DNA of 64,000 bases, taken from the NCBI RefSeq assembly GCF_006345805.1, contig NC_043001.1, forward strand, positions 84,196,001 through 84,260,000, read 5' to 3'. A program made the position numbers and the translations under genes. Numbering within the stretch: position 1 is the stretch's first letter; every line of letters starts with the position of its first letter. The DNA comes from Octopus sinensis. Taxonomy: Eukaryota. Under the pieces are notes generated by a model that saw only the letters and a program-made list of their open reading frames with translations, was not told the DNA's origin and ran no database searches. Below are positions 62,321-64,000 of the stretch, one piece after another.

Positions 62321-62753
62321 TTTACTCTTTTACTTGTTTCAGTCATTTGGCTGTGGCCAAGCTGGAGCACCACCTTTAGTCGAGCAAATCGACCCCAGGA
62401 CTTATTCTTTGTAAGCCTAGTACTTATTCCATCGTTCTCTTTTGCTGAACCGCTAAGTTACGGGGACGTAAACACACCAGCATCGGTTGTCAAGCGATGT
62501 TGGGGGGGGGGGGGCACACACTGACAAAACACACACACACACACATATATATATACATATATACGACGGGCTTCTTTCAGTTTCCGTCTACCAAATCCAC
62601 TCACAAGGCTTTGGTTGGCCCGAGGCTATAGTAGAAGACACTTGCCCAAAGTGCCACGCAGTGGGACTGAACCCGGAACCGTGTGGTTGATACGCAAGCT
62701 ACTTACCATACAGCCACTCCTGCGCCTAGCTACTTACCACACAGCCACTCCTG
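62321..62753 (-). mobile_element. SINE family A, full-length copy with a duplicated 5' head segment
   Basis: CTACTTACCA(C/T)ACAGCCACTCCTG occurs twice at the head end. Confidence 0.88.
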
Positions 62754-63466
62754 TTTAATAGCAAATTATTCCGTTCAATGCTACAACATTCTGTCAAGTA
62801 GTATGCCTGACAGAGAAGTGACAATTAAGTCCTACGTCATACCGTTCAGTCCAGTACAGCATTCAGTGCAGTAGTATACCACTCGGTCTAGTGACATACC
62901 ATTCAGTCTAATTCGTGTTATTCAATCCTATGGAGCACCATTTAGTCTAGTGAAATTCCATCCGGTGATATACTAATAATTTCATTGACATTTCCTTTAG
63001 TTCAATGATACGATTTGGTTAGGTGACCCACTGTTGAGTCTATGATACGCTGTCCAGTCAAATGACTCCTCATCCAATCGAGCTTGTGTCGCATTGGGTC
63101 CAGTGAAATCATGCTCTCTTGCTGCAAATATGTTAGTCCAGAGACATACCAAGTAACCTTTGATAAAAGATTTCTGATGTAGTAACCAGTTTTCTTGAAA
63201 CAATGTGAAACACTATGTTACATAGTGGAGTCATTAATTCAAACATTAAGCATTATTCTTTAGTCATCCATTATTCTTTAGTTATTCATTCTTGTGTTAT
63301 TTCAGTTATTCATTCAAAGGTAACATTAAAATATCTCACACTCTTATTAATATTGCTTTGATCACTCAGTTCAGGGGCTTTACTCTCATACCTCACTATA
63401 CTCATTCTCTGAATTTGGTTCCAATAAACTCCCTCTCCCTCTCTTTCTATCACTCATACACATCTT

Positions 63467-63769
63467 GTTTGTTCCTTCTCGAGCCACGCCTGGCTCATAA
63501 GGGCCGGTTTCCCGGCTTCCTTGGCGTATAGGTTCCCCACCTGGACGGGACGCCGGTCCGTCGCAGGTGAGCTGCAAGATGCAGGAGGAAAGATTGAGAG
63601 AAAGTTGTGGCGAAGGGAATCAGCAGAAGTTCGCCATTACCTTCTGCCGGAGCCGAGTGGAGCTTAGGTATTTCGCTCATAAACACACACTTCGCCCGGT
63701 CTGAGATTCGAACCCACGATCCGTCGACCGCGAGTCCACTGCTCTAACCACTAGGCCATGTGCCTCCAC
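63467..63769 (-). mobile_element. SINE family C, full-length copy with 12-bp TSD
   Basis: TSD CATACACATCTT at 63455-63466 and 63770-63781. Confidence 0.9.
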
Positions 63770-64000
63770 CATACACATCTTACACAAATTATATCCATTC
63801 TTTGTACTTTCTCTACTCACTCTTCTGTTTCGCTTTACTGACTGCACTAACTCCATGCACCAAAATTCTCTCACTCTCTTCACCCCACTTACTCTGTTCA
63901 CCCCTCTTACTCCCCTCACTCTTCACATAAGGCACACATAATTCAACTTACACCAGCCTACATATCGTATACCACCTCACTCTATCTGTCCATGATACCT

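Overview
AT-rich, microsatellite-dense eukaryotic DNA, most likely an octopod cephalopod (inferred from abundant OR-type tRNA-derived SINEs). About 5.2-21.8 kb carries the 3' part of a + strand gene. Seven exons joined by phase-1 introns splice into a 977-nt open frame: three Ca-binding EGF domains, a CBM14/peritrophin-A-like domain, a short linker, two more CBM14-like domains, a stop and a polyA signal. The 5' exons are not visible here. The rest is a dense TE landscape: one mariner with an open 350-aa ORF, deleted mariners, a maT/DD37D-like relic, Tigger-, piggyBac- and hAT-type MITEs, a Helitron 3' end with PIF1 remnants, RTE and R4/Dong LINE fragments, three SINE families, and several Penelope-like elements (Neptune- and Naiad-type) with inverted pseudo-LTRs. 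The most notable signals are: (i) a CBM14 variant with an extra N-terminal Cys pair and coupled gain/loss of C2/C6; (ii) a set of hammerhead-ribozyme motifs in PLE termini, one canonical and several with recurrent non-canonical cores (U3/A8, CNGAAGA...UGAAA, CUGUNGA); (iii) a near-intact Neptune element broken only by homopolymer single-base deletions; (iv) many fold-back hairpins/palindromes in (TA)n tracts. All assignments come from reading the sequence and motif knowledge; no database search was run. SINE boundaries are approximate (about 10 bp).
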